Below are positions 8,586 to 16,140 of a stretch of 64,000 bases of DNA, one piece after another. Every line of letters begins with the position of its first letter. The stretch's first letter is position 1. This DNA is from Candidatus Dojkabacteria bacterium (GTDB lineage: Bacteria; Patescibacteriota; Dojkabacteria; SC72). Below the pieces are notes generated by a model. The model ran no database searches, was not told the origin of the DNA, and worked only from the letters and a program-made list of their open reading frames with translations. Made by a program: the position numbers and the translations under genes. The stretch spans positions 33,830 through 97,829 of the forward strand of contig JAAZBX010000002.1 of NCBI GenBank assembly GCA_012513575.1, given 5' to 3'.

Positions 8586-9416
8586 ATGAAGCAACACGCA
8601 ATACCTCAAAATGTATTAGATGTAGAGTTTAAACTTTTTACAAAGTTTACACTTAAAGAGTTCTCGTATTTGGCCATTGGTGTAGGATTCGGAGGATTAA
8701 TTCTTTACCTAACAGTTGGAAAACAAATACCTGGAGTAATTGGAATACCTATTTTTATAATGTCCTCTTTAGCTGGGATTTTCCTTGCACTTGTTCCAAT
8801 AAATGACCAACCTGCCGATAAATTTATTCAAAATTACATCAAAGCTATTACTTCCCCCACCCAAAGAGCATGGATTAGTAGAAATGATCCAAGAAGCAGA
8901 ATGAAGCCTGGTGTAAAACCAACGGAAGAAGGAGAATTAATTTCAAAAGAGAGTAAAGAGAAAAAGAAAAAAATTATTGGTGCACAACCCTTACCTACTA
9001 TGTCTGAGGATATTGAATCTGAGATGCAGAAAGAAGTAGATAAAGAATTCGAAGATATTGATAAAACTACACCACTTACCTTAAATCCTTCAGAATTGAT
9101 AATAACAGAAGAAAATATCTCTAAATATCAATTTAAAGCAAACGGATTTGATAATTACCCAGGGAATATTAATCTTTGGATATGTGATAAAAATTACAAA
9201 CCGATTTCAGGCGTTATTGCAACATTAGTAGACGATTCGGGAAATATTTTGTATGCAAACAAAACAGGAAATAACGGCTATTTTCTCACAAATCGGAAGT
9301 GGAAACCTGGACTCTATAAAATTACCCTTGAAAGTGAAGGTTTTACATTGCCCAAAGTGAATATTATACTCTCAGGAAAAGAAACTAACTTACCAATTAA
9401 GATTTCTGCATTATAA
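8586..9416 (+). CDS. PrgI-family (VirB3-like) T4SS membrane protein with C-terminal CarboxypepD_reg-like beta-sandwich extension
   Basis: The N-terminal roughly 110 aa has the PrgI pattern (IPQNVLDVEFKLFTKFTLKEFSYLAIG + 2 TM + PADKFIQNYIK). The C-terminal roughly 120 aa (GNINLWICDKNYKPISGVIATLVDDSGNILYANKTGNNGYF) resembles a carboxypeptidase-regulatory domain. Confidence 0.5.
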   Translation: MKQHAIPQNVLDVEFKLFTKFTLKEFSYLAIGVGFGGLILYLTVGKQIPGVIGIPIFIMSSLAGIFLALVPINDQPADKFIQNYIKAITSPTQRAWISRNDPRSRMKPGVKPTEEGELISKESKEKKKKIIGAQPLPTMSEDIESEMQKEVDKEFEDIDKTTPLTLNPSELIITEENISKYQFKANGFDNYPGNINLWICDKNYKPISGVIATLVDDSGNILYANKTGNNGYFLTNRKWKPGLYKITLESEGFTLPKVNIILSGKETNLPIKISAL

Positions 9417-9417
9417 A

Positions 9418-10053
9418 ATGGACAAAAACGCAAGAGCTAGAACAACTGCATCAACTCAAGATCATCTAGCGATAAGAGATATAAGGGATGATTTAATCAT
9501 CAATCGAAACGGAAGTGTCGCAATGGTAATACAGACATCCGCCATTAATTTTGATTTGCTTGCAGAGTACGAACAAGATAATAAAATTTTAGCTTTTGCA
9601 GGACTTTTGAATTCCCTTAACTTCCGAATCCAGATTATGATTAGAACAAAAAGGATAGATATAACTAACTACATAACATATTTACAAAGCCAAGAGAAAC
9701 AAGCAATGAGTGAAGGACTAAAAAAACAGTTAAATATTTACACTAAATTTGTAAAGAATTTAATCGTACAAAACGATGTTCTGGATAAAAGTTTCTTTAT
9801 TGTAATTCCTTACCATACTGGAACAATTGTTCCAAGTACAACGTTGATAAAAGGTAAGAAGAGTAAAGAGGAAGAGGAGAAAAATCAAAATATCCAAACT
9901 GACCAATTAATTGAAAAAGCAAAAATTTTTCTCTTCCCCAAAAGAGACCATATTCTTAAACAGCTAGGGAGAATGGGACTTTTCGGACATCAACTTACCA
10001 CAAAAGAATTAATTACCGAATTCTATACAATATATAACCCAGAAGAAGAGTAA
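9418..10053 (+). CDS. Soluble hypothetical protein placed between the PrgI-like and VirB4-like genes
   Basis: No TM. Its stop overlaps the VirB4 start (TAATG) in a different frame. The segment AINFDLLAEYEQDNKILAFAGLLNSLNFRIQI is reminiscent of T4SS ATPase N-terminal regions, but downstream VirB4 is complete, so this is treated as a separate gene. Confidence 0.4.
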   Translation: MDKNARARTTASTQDHLAIRDIRDDLIINRNGSVAMVIQTSAINFDLLAEYEQDNKILAFAGLLNSLNFRIQIMIRTKRIDITNYITYLQSQEKQAMSEGLKKQLNIYTKFVKNLIVQNDVLDKSFFIVIPYHTGTIVPSTTLIKGKKSKEEEEKNQNIQTDQLIEKAKIFLFPKRDHILKQLGRMGLFGHQLTTKELITEFYTIYNPEEE

Positions 10054-12500
10054 TGGATAATAACAATTTAAATACAACAAAAAATTTTGTAAGTAAAACA
10101 AGTTCTTTAATTCAAGAAAAAGCTTCTGCTTTGCAAACAGGCGCAGATAAATACAGTACATTTAAGGAAGAAATTAAGGTCTTAACTAATAATGAAGAAA
10201 AAAACACCCCTCTTACTGAAAATTTTGTAGATTCTAATGAGGATGAAAAAAAGAAAAAGAAAATTAATCCCATTTTCGAAATGCTTGATACAATTATGGG
10301 GAAAAAGAAAAGTCTTAACAAAACAGAAAACTCAGAAGAATTAACTACTCCCATTCAGGAGGAATCCTCAAATATTGGAGAAAAAGTAGGTATAAACTCA
10401 AATATGCCTATTGAAGATTTACTTGCACCCATTGATATGGAGGTAGATTTTAACCATTTAGAGATGGGGGGATATTTCTTCAGAACACTCTTTGTAAGTG
10501 GCTATCCAAGATTTGTAGGCCCTAACTGGCTTTCACCAATTATTAATTTTGAGCACTCATTAAGGATTAGCACTTTCTACTACCCAGTTGAGTCAAAAAC
10601 GATACTTGAAAAATTGAAGAAAAAAATCGGAGAGATGGAGGCAACTCTATATACGCAAATGGAGGATCGAAAAGTTATTGACCCTTCGTTGAAAGTTGCC
10701 CTTTCAGACGCACAAATGCTTCAGGATTCTATTGCAGAAGGGACAGAGAAATTTTTTCATTTCTCAATGTATGTTACATTGTATGCGAAAGATAAAGATC
10801 AATTAGAAAAAATATCAAGAAATGTTGTATCTACCTTCGCAGCAATGAATGTCACTGCTAAACCAGCTACATTACAACAAGAGCAAGCATTTATCGGAAC
10901 TCAACCAAGAGGAATAGACAACCTATATATTACCAGAAATATGGATACTACATCTTTGGCAACTACATTCCCATTTGTTACATCAGAATTAACAATGGAC
11001 CATGGGATTATGTACGGTCTTAATATGCATAATAAAAGCTTAGTTGTATTTGATAGATTCGAGTTAGAAAATGCAAATGCTGTAATATTTGCGAAATCTG
11101 GTGCAGGGAAAAGCTATTTTGTTAAGCTAGAAGCTATTAGAAGCTTGATGCTTGGAACTGAAATAATCATTATTGACCCCGAAAGAGAGTATGAAAACTT
11201 AGCGAAAGCTGTAAATGGAGCTTACATCTCATTCTCACAAGACAAAGGACATAAAATGAATCCATTTGAGCTATCTGGTGTCTCAGAGGAAGGAGACGAT
11301 GAACTGAGGATGAAGCTACTTGCATTGCATGGATTTTTCAAGGTACTCTTTGAAGGATTAACTAATATAGAAGATTCCATCCTTGATAGGGCTTTATCAT
11401 TAGCTTACAGAGAGAAAGGAATTACTTACGACCCCAAGACCCAAAACAGGCCAGCACCATTGTTAGAAGACCTTTACAAAGTACTTAAAGGGATGGCAGA
11501 AACAGAGGCACACGGACTGGCTAAAAGACTCGAGAAATATATAATAGGAAGCGGGGCTGGTGTGTTCAATGAAGCAAGTAATTTTGAAATTAACAACCCA
11601 TTTACAGTATTTAGTGTCAGAGATCTCCAGGAGGAATTAAAACCTTTAGCAATGTACCTTATGTTGGATTTTATTTGGACAAGGATTAGAAAAGATAGAA
11701 AAAGAAGAATTTTAATTGTTGATGAAGCCTGGTATATGATGCAATCAGAAGACTCTGCTAAATTTATGTACTCTATTGCCAAGAGGGCTAGGAAATACTA
11801 TTTAGGACTCTCAACGATAACTCAGGATGTTGCTGACTTCTTAGGTAATGAGATGGGAAGAGCTATTATTTCGAACTCCTCTATCCAAGTATTAATGAAG
11901 CAAAGCCCTTCTGCGGTAGAGTTATTGCAAAAAGTATTTAATTTATCTGATGGAGAAAGAAACTATCTGCTAAACTGTGATAAGGGACAGGGCCTATTTT
12001 TTGCAGGACAGAATCATGTAGGAATACAAGTATTATCAAGTATATCTGAGCATGAGGTTATTACTTCTGATCCTAGAGATTTAGAGAAATTAAAGGAACG
12101 TGAAGGTATTACCGATACAAGAACAATTGAACAGATGGCACAAATCTACGACCCTCCTGCAGTTCAACAACCAATGAGAGACGGAAGCGGTAACAGAGAA
12201 AGTGAAATCATTATGGGAGCAGTAGAAACAAAAGAAAAACAGAAAAAAATACTTCAAGATGAAAGAGTCAGGTATCAAGAAGAACTTGAGAAAAGACTTG
12301 CAGAACAAGAAAAAATAATTAATCCAAGTAAATCAGAAAGTCAAGAAACCTTCCTTGATCAACTTAACAAACAAACTTTAACTGGACAAATACTCTCTTC
12401 GAGGAAATCTATTCAAAAAGATAGAAAACATCTAACACCTCAAGGTTATGTAGAAAGCTATCCACAGGATAATCAGCAAGAAAATGGGCCTATTTACTAA
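10053..12500 (+). CDS. VirB4/TcpF/PrgJ-type type IV secretion ATPase
   Basis: K/E-rich low-complexity N-terminus, then YFFRTLFVSGYPRFVGPNWL (the Tn916 Orf16/TcpF-like block), Walker A GAGKSYF, Walker B ILIVDEAW. 815 aa. Confidence 0.8.
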   Translation: MDNNNLNTTKNFVSKTSSLIQEKASALQTGADKYSTFKEEIKVLTNNEEKNTPLTENFVDSNEDEKKKKKINPIFEMLDTIMGKKKSLNKTENSEELTTPIQEESSNIGEKVGINSNMPIEDLLAPIDMEVDFNHLEMGGYFFRTLFVSGYPRFVGPNWLSPIINFEHSLRISTFYYPVESKTILEKLKKKIGEMEATLYTQMEDRKVIDPSLKVALSDAQMLQDSIAEGTEKFFHFSMYVTLYAKDKDQLEKISRNVVSTFAAMNVTAKPATLQQEQAFIGTQPRGIDNLYITRNMDTTSLATTFPFVTSELTMDHGIMYGLNMHNKSLVVFDRFELENANAVIFAKSGAGKSYFVKLEAIRSLMLGTEIIIIDPEREYENLAKAVNGAYISFSQDKGHKMNPFELSGVSEEGDDELRMKLLALHGFFKVLFEGLTNIEDSILDRALSLAYREKGITYDPKTQNRPAPLLEDLYKVLKGMAETEAHGLAKRLEKYIIGSGAGVFNEASNFEINNPFTVFSVRDLQEELKPLAMYLMLDFIWTRIRKDRKRRILIVDEAWYMMQSEDSAKFMYSIAKRARKYYLGLSTITQDVADFLGNEMGRAIISNSSIQVLMKQSPSAVELLQKVFNLSDGERNYLLNCDKGQGLFFAGQNHVGIQVLSSISEHEVITSDPRDLEKLKEREGITDTRTIEQMAQIYDPPAVQQPMRDGSGNRESEIIMGAVETKEKQKKILQDERVRYQEELEKRLAEQEKIINPSKSESQETFLDQLNKQTLTGQILSSRKSIQKDRKHLTPQGYVESYPQDNQQENGPIY

Positions 12501-12735
12501 AAAGAAAACAACGGAAGAGGTTACTACTCCAATTCAAGAAGAACTTTATCTTGTTACTAAGGCTGTAGACACTACTTCTTTACCAAAAGAAGTATTAAAT
12601 ACCGATTTCGAGCTACTCTCGAAAGCAGAAGAAAAAAGCAATTATCGCTCGAATATTGCCAAATCAATTAGGAATCCACAAATCTCCCGAGCAGTTTCTT
12701 CCCTTCAACTCAAAAATCCTTTTAAGGGGGTTTAA
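12484..12735 (+). CDS. Small ORF (83 aa) bridging the VirB4 3' end and the Lon-like 3' end; coding status uncertain
   Basis: Overlaps VirB4 by 17 nt and the convergent Lon-like gene by 4 nt. No motif found. Confidence 0.2.
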   Translation: MGLFTKKKTTEEVTTPIQEELYLVTKAVDTTSLPKEVLNTDFELLSKAEEKSNYRSNIAKSIRNPQISRAVSSLQLKNPFKGV

Positions 12736-13913
12736 CTTAGTGGCCCTTGGTCCACATTTAAAAACTGCGAAAGATTCTCACTGTTAATTGTAATGGGAGT
12801 TGGTTCTCCTTCTATTATTTTCCTTGCAACACTTCTAATAATTGTCGCAATATTCCTTTCCAGTTGTCTTATACCCGCATCAAATCCTACTGGCCTTATT
12901 ATAGAAATCCAAACATCTTCGGAGAAAACAACTTGAGTATCTGAAAGAGAATATTCCTCAAGTACATTTGGGAGGATGTACTGTTTTGCAATAATCTCTT
13001 TCTCTTGGTCAGAATAACTTGTAAATCGAATCACTTCGACCCTATCAAGCAAAGCAGCTGAAAGCCCTCCCAAGTTATTTGCAGTACAGATAAACATAAC
13101 TTTAGATAAGTCCACAGGAAAATCAATATAATGGTCTATAAAATTAGAATTCTGTTCGGGATCTAGGACTTCAAGGAGTGTCGCCATAACATCATTTAGC
13201 AATCCCGCATTTCCACTTGATTTTTCAATTTCGTCTAACAAGATAACAGGATTCATCGTCCCACATCTTATCAACGACTTAACAATTTGCCCAGGTTCTC
13301 CATCAAGAGAATATCGTGGTGTTCCTCTTAATGTTCTCACATCACCTATTGCACCTAATGATACTCGTGCGAATTTCCTGTTCATAGAAGTTGCTATTGA
13401 TTTTGCGATAGAAGTCTTTCCTACCCCCTGTAGACCGACAAAGAGAAAGACTGGAGTTGAGACGTGGTGTTCATTTTCTGTCTTCGGTGCTTGCCTCTGA
13501 AATACACTCTCATCATTCATTTGAAGCTGAGTTGGGATAATCGGACGTGAAGAAATATTCCCCTGCTTCAACTGCATGGATGCAAGGTAATCAAGAATCA
13601 AATTCTTAACCGATTCCATTCCATAGTGACTTGAGTCCATTATCTTTTTGGCTTGATAAATATCTAAGGTGTCTGCAGAAAAGTTTCCCCACGGGATTTT
13701 CACTATCCAATCAATATATTTACTTACAGTCTCAAACTCATTACTATACCCACCCATTCTAACCATTCTTTTTAGACGATTAATAGATTGAATACTCTCT
13801 TCTTTTAATCCAGAAGGAACAGGAGAAGAAAGTAATTTGTTTTCCAAGGCTACTATTTCGCCTACACTTTCGTTCATTCCTGAGTCATTTGTATTAATAT
13901 TTTGGTAATCCAT
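12732..13913 (-). CDS. Lon-type AAA+ ATPase module lacking LON N-domain and protease domain
   Basis: KYIDWIVKIPW...DSSHYGMESVKNLILDYLA, Walker A GLQGVGKTS, ILLDEIEK, LLEVLDPEQN and DRVEVIRFTSYSDQEKEIIAKQYILP align with the central part of Lon. The ORF ends exactly at the AAA/protease boundary and there is no room downstream for a protease domain. Confidence 0.7.
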   Translation of the reverse strand: MDYQNINTNDSGMNESVGEIVALENKLLSSPVPSGLKEESIQSINRLKRMVRMGGYSNEFETVSKYIDWIVKIPWGNFSADTLDIYQAKKIMDSSHYGMESVKNLILDYLASMQLKQGNISSRPIIPTQLQMNDESVFQRQAPKTENEHHVSTPVFLFVGLQGVGKTSIAKSIATSMNRKFARVSLGAIGDVRTLRGTPRYSLDGEPGQIVKSLIRCGTMNPVILLDEIEKSSGNAGLLNDVMATLLEVLDPEQNSNFIDHYIDFPVDLSKVMFICTANNLGGLSAALLDRVEVIRFTSYSDQEKEIIAKQYILPNVLEEYSLSDTQVVFSEDVWISIIRPVGFDAGIRQLERNIATIIRSVARKIIEGEPTPITINSENLSQFLNVDQGPLS

Positions 13914-14056
13914 ATGTATATTTAGTGTATAGACAAGTAATAATTAAGTCAAACAGCCATAATATAATTGACAAGAAATTCTAAAGAATAATACTTTTTT
14001 GACATCATTGTAATACCATGATAATCTTTTACTAGATAATTTAAACTGCCTATTAA

Positions 14057-15547
14057 ATGAGAAAATTTTCATTCGTTTTTTCAATTCTTTTTTTGTTAAT
14101 TTCTTTCAATCTTGCTTTCGCTGCAGAAGTAAAGCTTGAGGATGCTTCTACAGCATCAGACAAACTAATTTCCCTTTCAGTAGATACAAAAGAGGAGACT
14201 ACAGATACAATTAAAATTGTTCTAAAGGCATCTGAGGGTGTAGACATTTCCGATGTTCAAGAAGGAGCATTAGGTTGTTCAACGTTTTCTTCTGTTCCTA
14301 ATAAAAATATTGTCGAGATAATATGCACTTTCTCTTCGCCAAAAACCATATCGGGGAAATTAGCAGACATTAAATTCGCAACAGCTTCTGAAAGCTACGA
14401 TTTTACTGTAGATGAAACTCAATCTGAAATTGGTAAGTTAAAAATTGATAATGTTGTGAATATTGGAGACATGCAAATAGAACAGTCCCAAACAACAAAT
14501 AATCCTGATACCTCCAAAACGACAGAAGAAACTCCAACAAGCGAAGAGGCAACCGAGACTACTTCAACAACAACTTCTCAAACTATCACTAAGAAGCAGA
14601 ATGGTTTTATGGATTTCTTACCATACATCCTTCTGGGAGCTGCAGGTATTTTTCTAATTTCAATAATTGTTTTACTAATAACCAAGAAAAAGGATGATGT
14701 AAAAGGTAATACTATGTCGCTTCCTAATACCCAAGACCAAAAAGCAGTAGTCCCACCACTAATTAATTCCCAACCAGAAACGGCTTCCCAGCCACTACCG
14801 GAAACATCTGTTGAACAAATAGTAACTGAAACAAGTACAAACACCTCTCCTTTGAATCAAGAATCTAAGCCAACCCTGGCTGAATTGGTCGGTGTAACAC
14901 CAGAAATCTCGCCCGAGTTGCCAATAACAGAACCAGTTTCAGAAACTACTAGCTCTGAATCAAAAGAACAGGCTGACTTAGATGCATTATTAAGGAGCGA
15001 GAATCCGAGCATTAATACAATTCCACAAGAGCAAGTTGTTAATACCCCTACGATTGAGAACTCACAAGTACAAGTAATAGAAAACAGCTATGTAGAAGAT
15101 CCTCGTACTGAGATCCCCTCAGGCTATTCTGCCAATGTCTCTACAGGTGGACTGCCAGAAGTCGGTTCTACTTCCCCATTAGAGAATCTAAATCAGAACA
15201 CATCTATAACACCAGCTAATGAACCTGTTCCGTATAAAACGAGCACCGTTTTAAATGAGATTACCGGAGAGAATAATCCTGTCGAACAAATTCAAGAACC
15301 AATAATAAATGCTGTTGGGGATACCTCTTTAAATCAAGATTTCAATCAAACTCCCTCCTCAACTACAGATGTAGAAACACAACCGATAAATGAAGCAATA
15401 GAAGTTACACCTATGATTGATCCTGATTTACAAAACCTTGTAAATCAAGAAATAAGTCATATCCCTGCCAATCCGACACTTTCCCAAGAGCAAATGCAAA
15501 ACCCTATCGCAAGTACAAACACAGGAAATCCGGTTAATCCTATGTAG
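14057..15547 (+). CDS. Type I membrane surface protein: signal peptide, beta-rich ectodomain, TM, long S/T/P/Q/N-rich cytoplasmic tail
   Basis: Signal peptide MRKFSFVFSILFLLISFNLAFA. One TM (LPYILLGAAGIFLISIIVLLI) followed by KKKDD, then about 290 aa of low-complexity tail. Divergent from the Lon-like gene. Confidence 0.45.
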   Translation: MRKFSFVFSILFLLISFNLAFAAEVKLEDASTASDKLISLSVDTKEETTDTIKIVLKASEGVDISDVQEGALGCSTFSSVPNKNIVEIICTFSSPKTISGKLADIKFATASESYDFTVDETQSEIGKLKIDNVVNIGDMQIEQSQTTNNPDTSKTTEETPTSEEATETTSTTTSQTITKKQNGFMDFLPYILLGAAGIFLISIIVLLITKKKDDVKGNTMSLPNTQDQKAVVPPLINSQPETASQPLPETSVEQIVTETSTNTSPLNQESKPTLAELVGVTPEISPELPITEPVSETTSSESKEQADLDALLRSENPSINTIPQEQVVNTPTIENSQVQVIENSYVEDPRTEIPSGYSANVSTGGLPEVGSTSPLENLNQNTSITPANEPVPYKTSTVLNEITGENNPVEQIQEPIINAVGDTSLNQDFNQTPSSTTDVETQPINEAIEVTPMIDPDLQNLVNQEISHIPANPTLSQEQMQNPIASTNTGNPVNPM

Positions 15548-15552
15548 AGAAA

Positions 15553-16113
15553 TTAAAAATTTCTCCACATCTGACTTGTTTTCACTTTGGTATCTCCAGT
15601 ATATTTGCTGTTTAATTTATCACTACCATATGGTTTTTCACAATTAGAATCCAACTCTTCAAAAGCCAATTGGGCAACCTTCATTCCTTCATAAATTTTG
15701 ATTGGCAAGGGAGATGTATTAACAAGCTCTAAGGTCAATCGTAATTGGTTCCCTGGATCTAAGAAACCCGCTGTCGCATGTATTAATAATCCTATCCTAG
15801 CTAAAGAGCTTTTACCTTCCAATCTTCCAACATGCCTCGAATCAACTCCTGTTATCTCTTTTACATTCGCGAGAGCAAATTGCCATGGTTTCAAAACAAA
15901 AGCTTCACCCATACCGATTTCAATCTCTTCCATCAAATTATCTATATTTTTCTTTACATCAATAACCTTACCCTCACCTTCTTTAAAAATCATAAAATAC
16001 CTATCTAAATGGAGATCATACGAAGCTGGCTGTAAAAATTCTTCTGAAAAAGGTTCAATAACAATTTCTCCCTTTTTAAGGCTATCCTTAATACTTTTAT
16101 CTGACAGAATCAT
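15553..16113 (-). CDS. dcd: dCTP deaminase
   Basis: GKSSLARIGLLIHATAGFLDPGNQLRLTLEL aligns with E. coli Dcd ([23 protein letters not shown]). 186 aa. Confidence 0.8.
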   Translation of the reverse strand: MILSDKSIKDSLKKGEIVIEPFSEEFLQPASYDLHLDRYFMIFKEGEGKVIDVKKNIDNLMEEIEIGMGEAFVLKPWQFALANVKEITGVDSRHVGRLEGKSSLARIGLLIHATAGFLDPGNQLRLTLELVNTSPLPIKIYEGMKVAQLAFEELDSNCEKPYGSDKLNSKYTGDTKVKTSQMWRNF

Positions 16114-16140
16114 TTGATTATTTAATAAATTATTTTGCGA

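Noticed and set aside
10053-10420. K/E-rich repetitive stretch at the VirB4 N-terminus and similar stretches at the DnaK C-terminus
   Set aside because: This is protein-level low complexity, not a nucleotide tandem repeat or CRISPR-like array. No regular repeat-spacer periodicity is present.
9418-12500. Interpretation of ORF 9418-10053 and 10053-12500 as one frameshifted VirB4 gene (pseudogene)
   Set aside because: The downstream ORF already contains a complete TcpF/Orf16-type N-terminus (low-complexity lead + YFFRTLFVSGYPR block). The junction is a clean TAATG coupling overlap of the kind seen elsewhere in this window, so two genes is more parsimonious. This cannot be excluded without relatives.
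15698-16117. 139-aa plus-strand ORF overlapping dcd
   Set aside because: Entirely antisense to dcd, with no motif.
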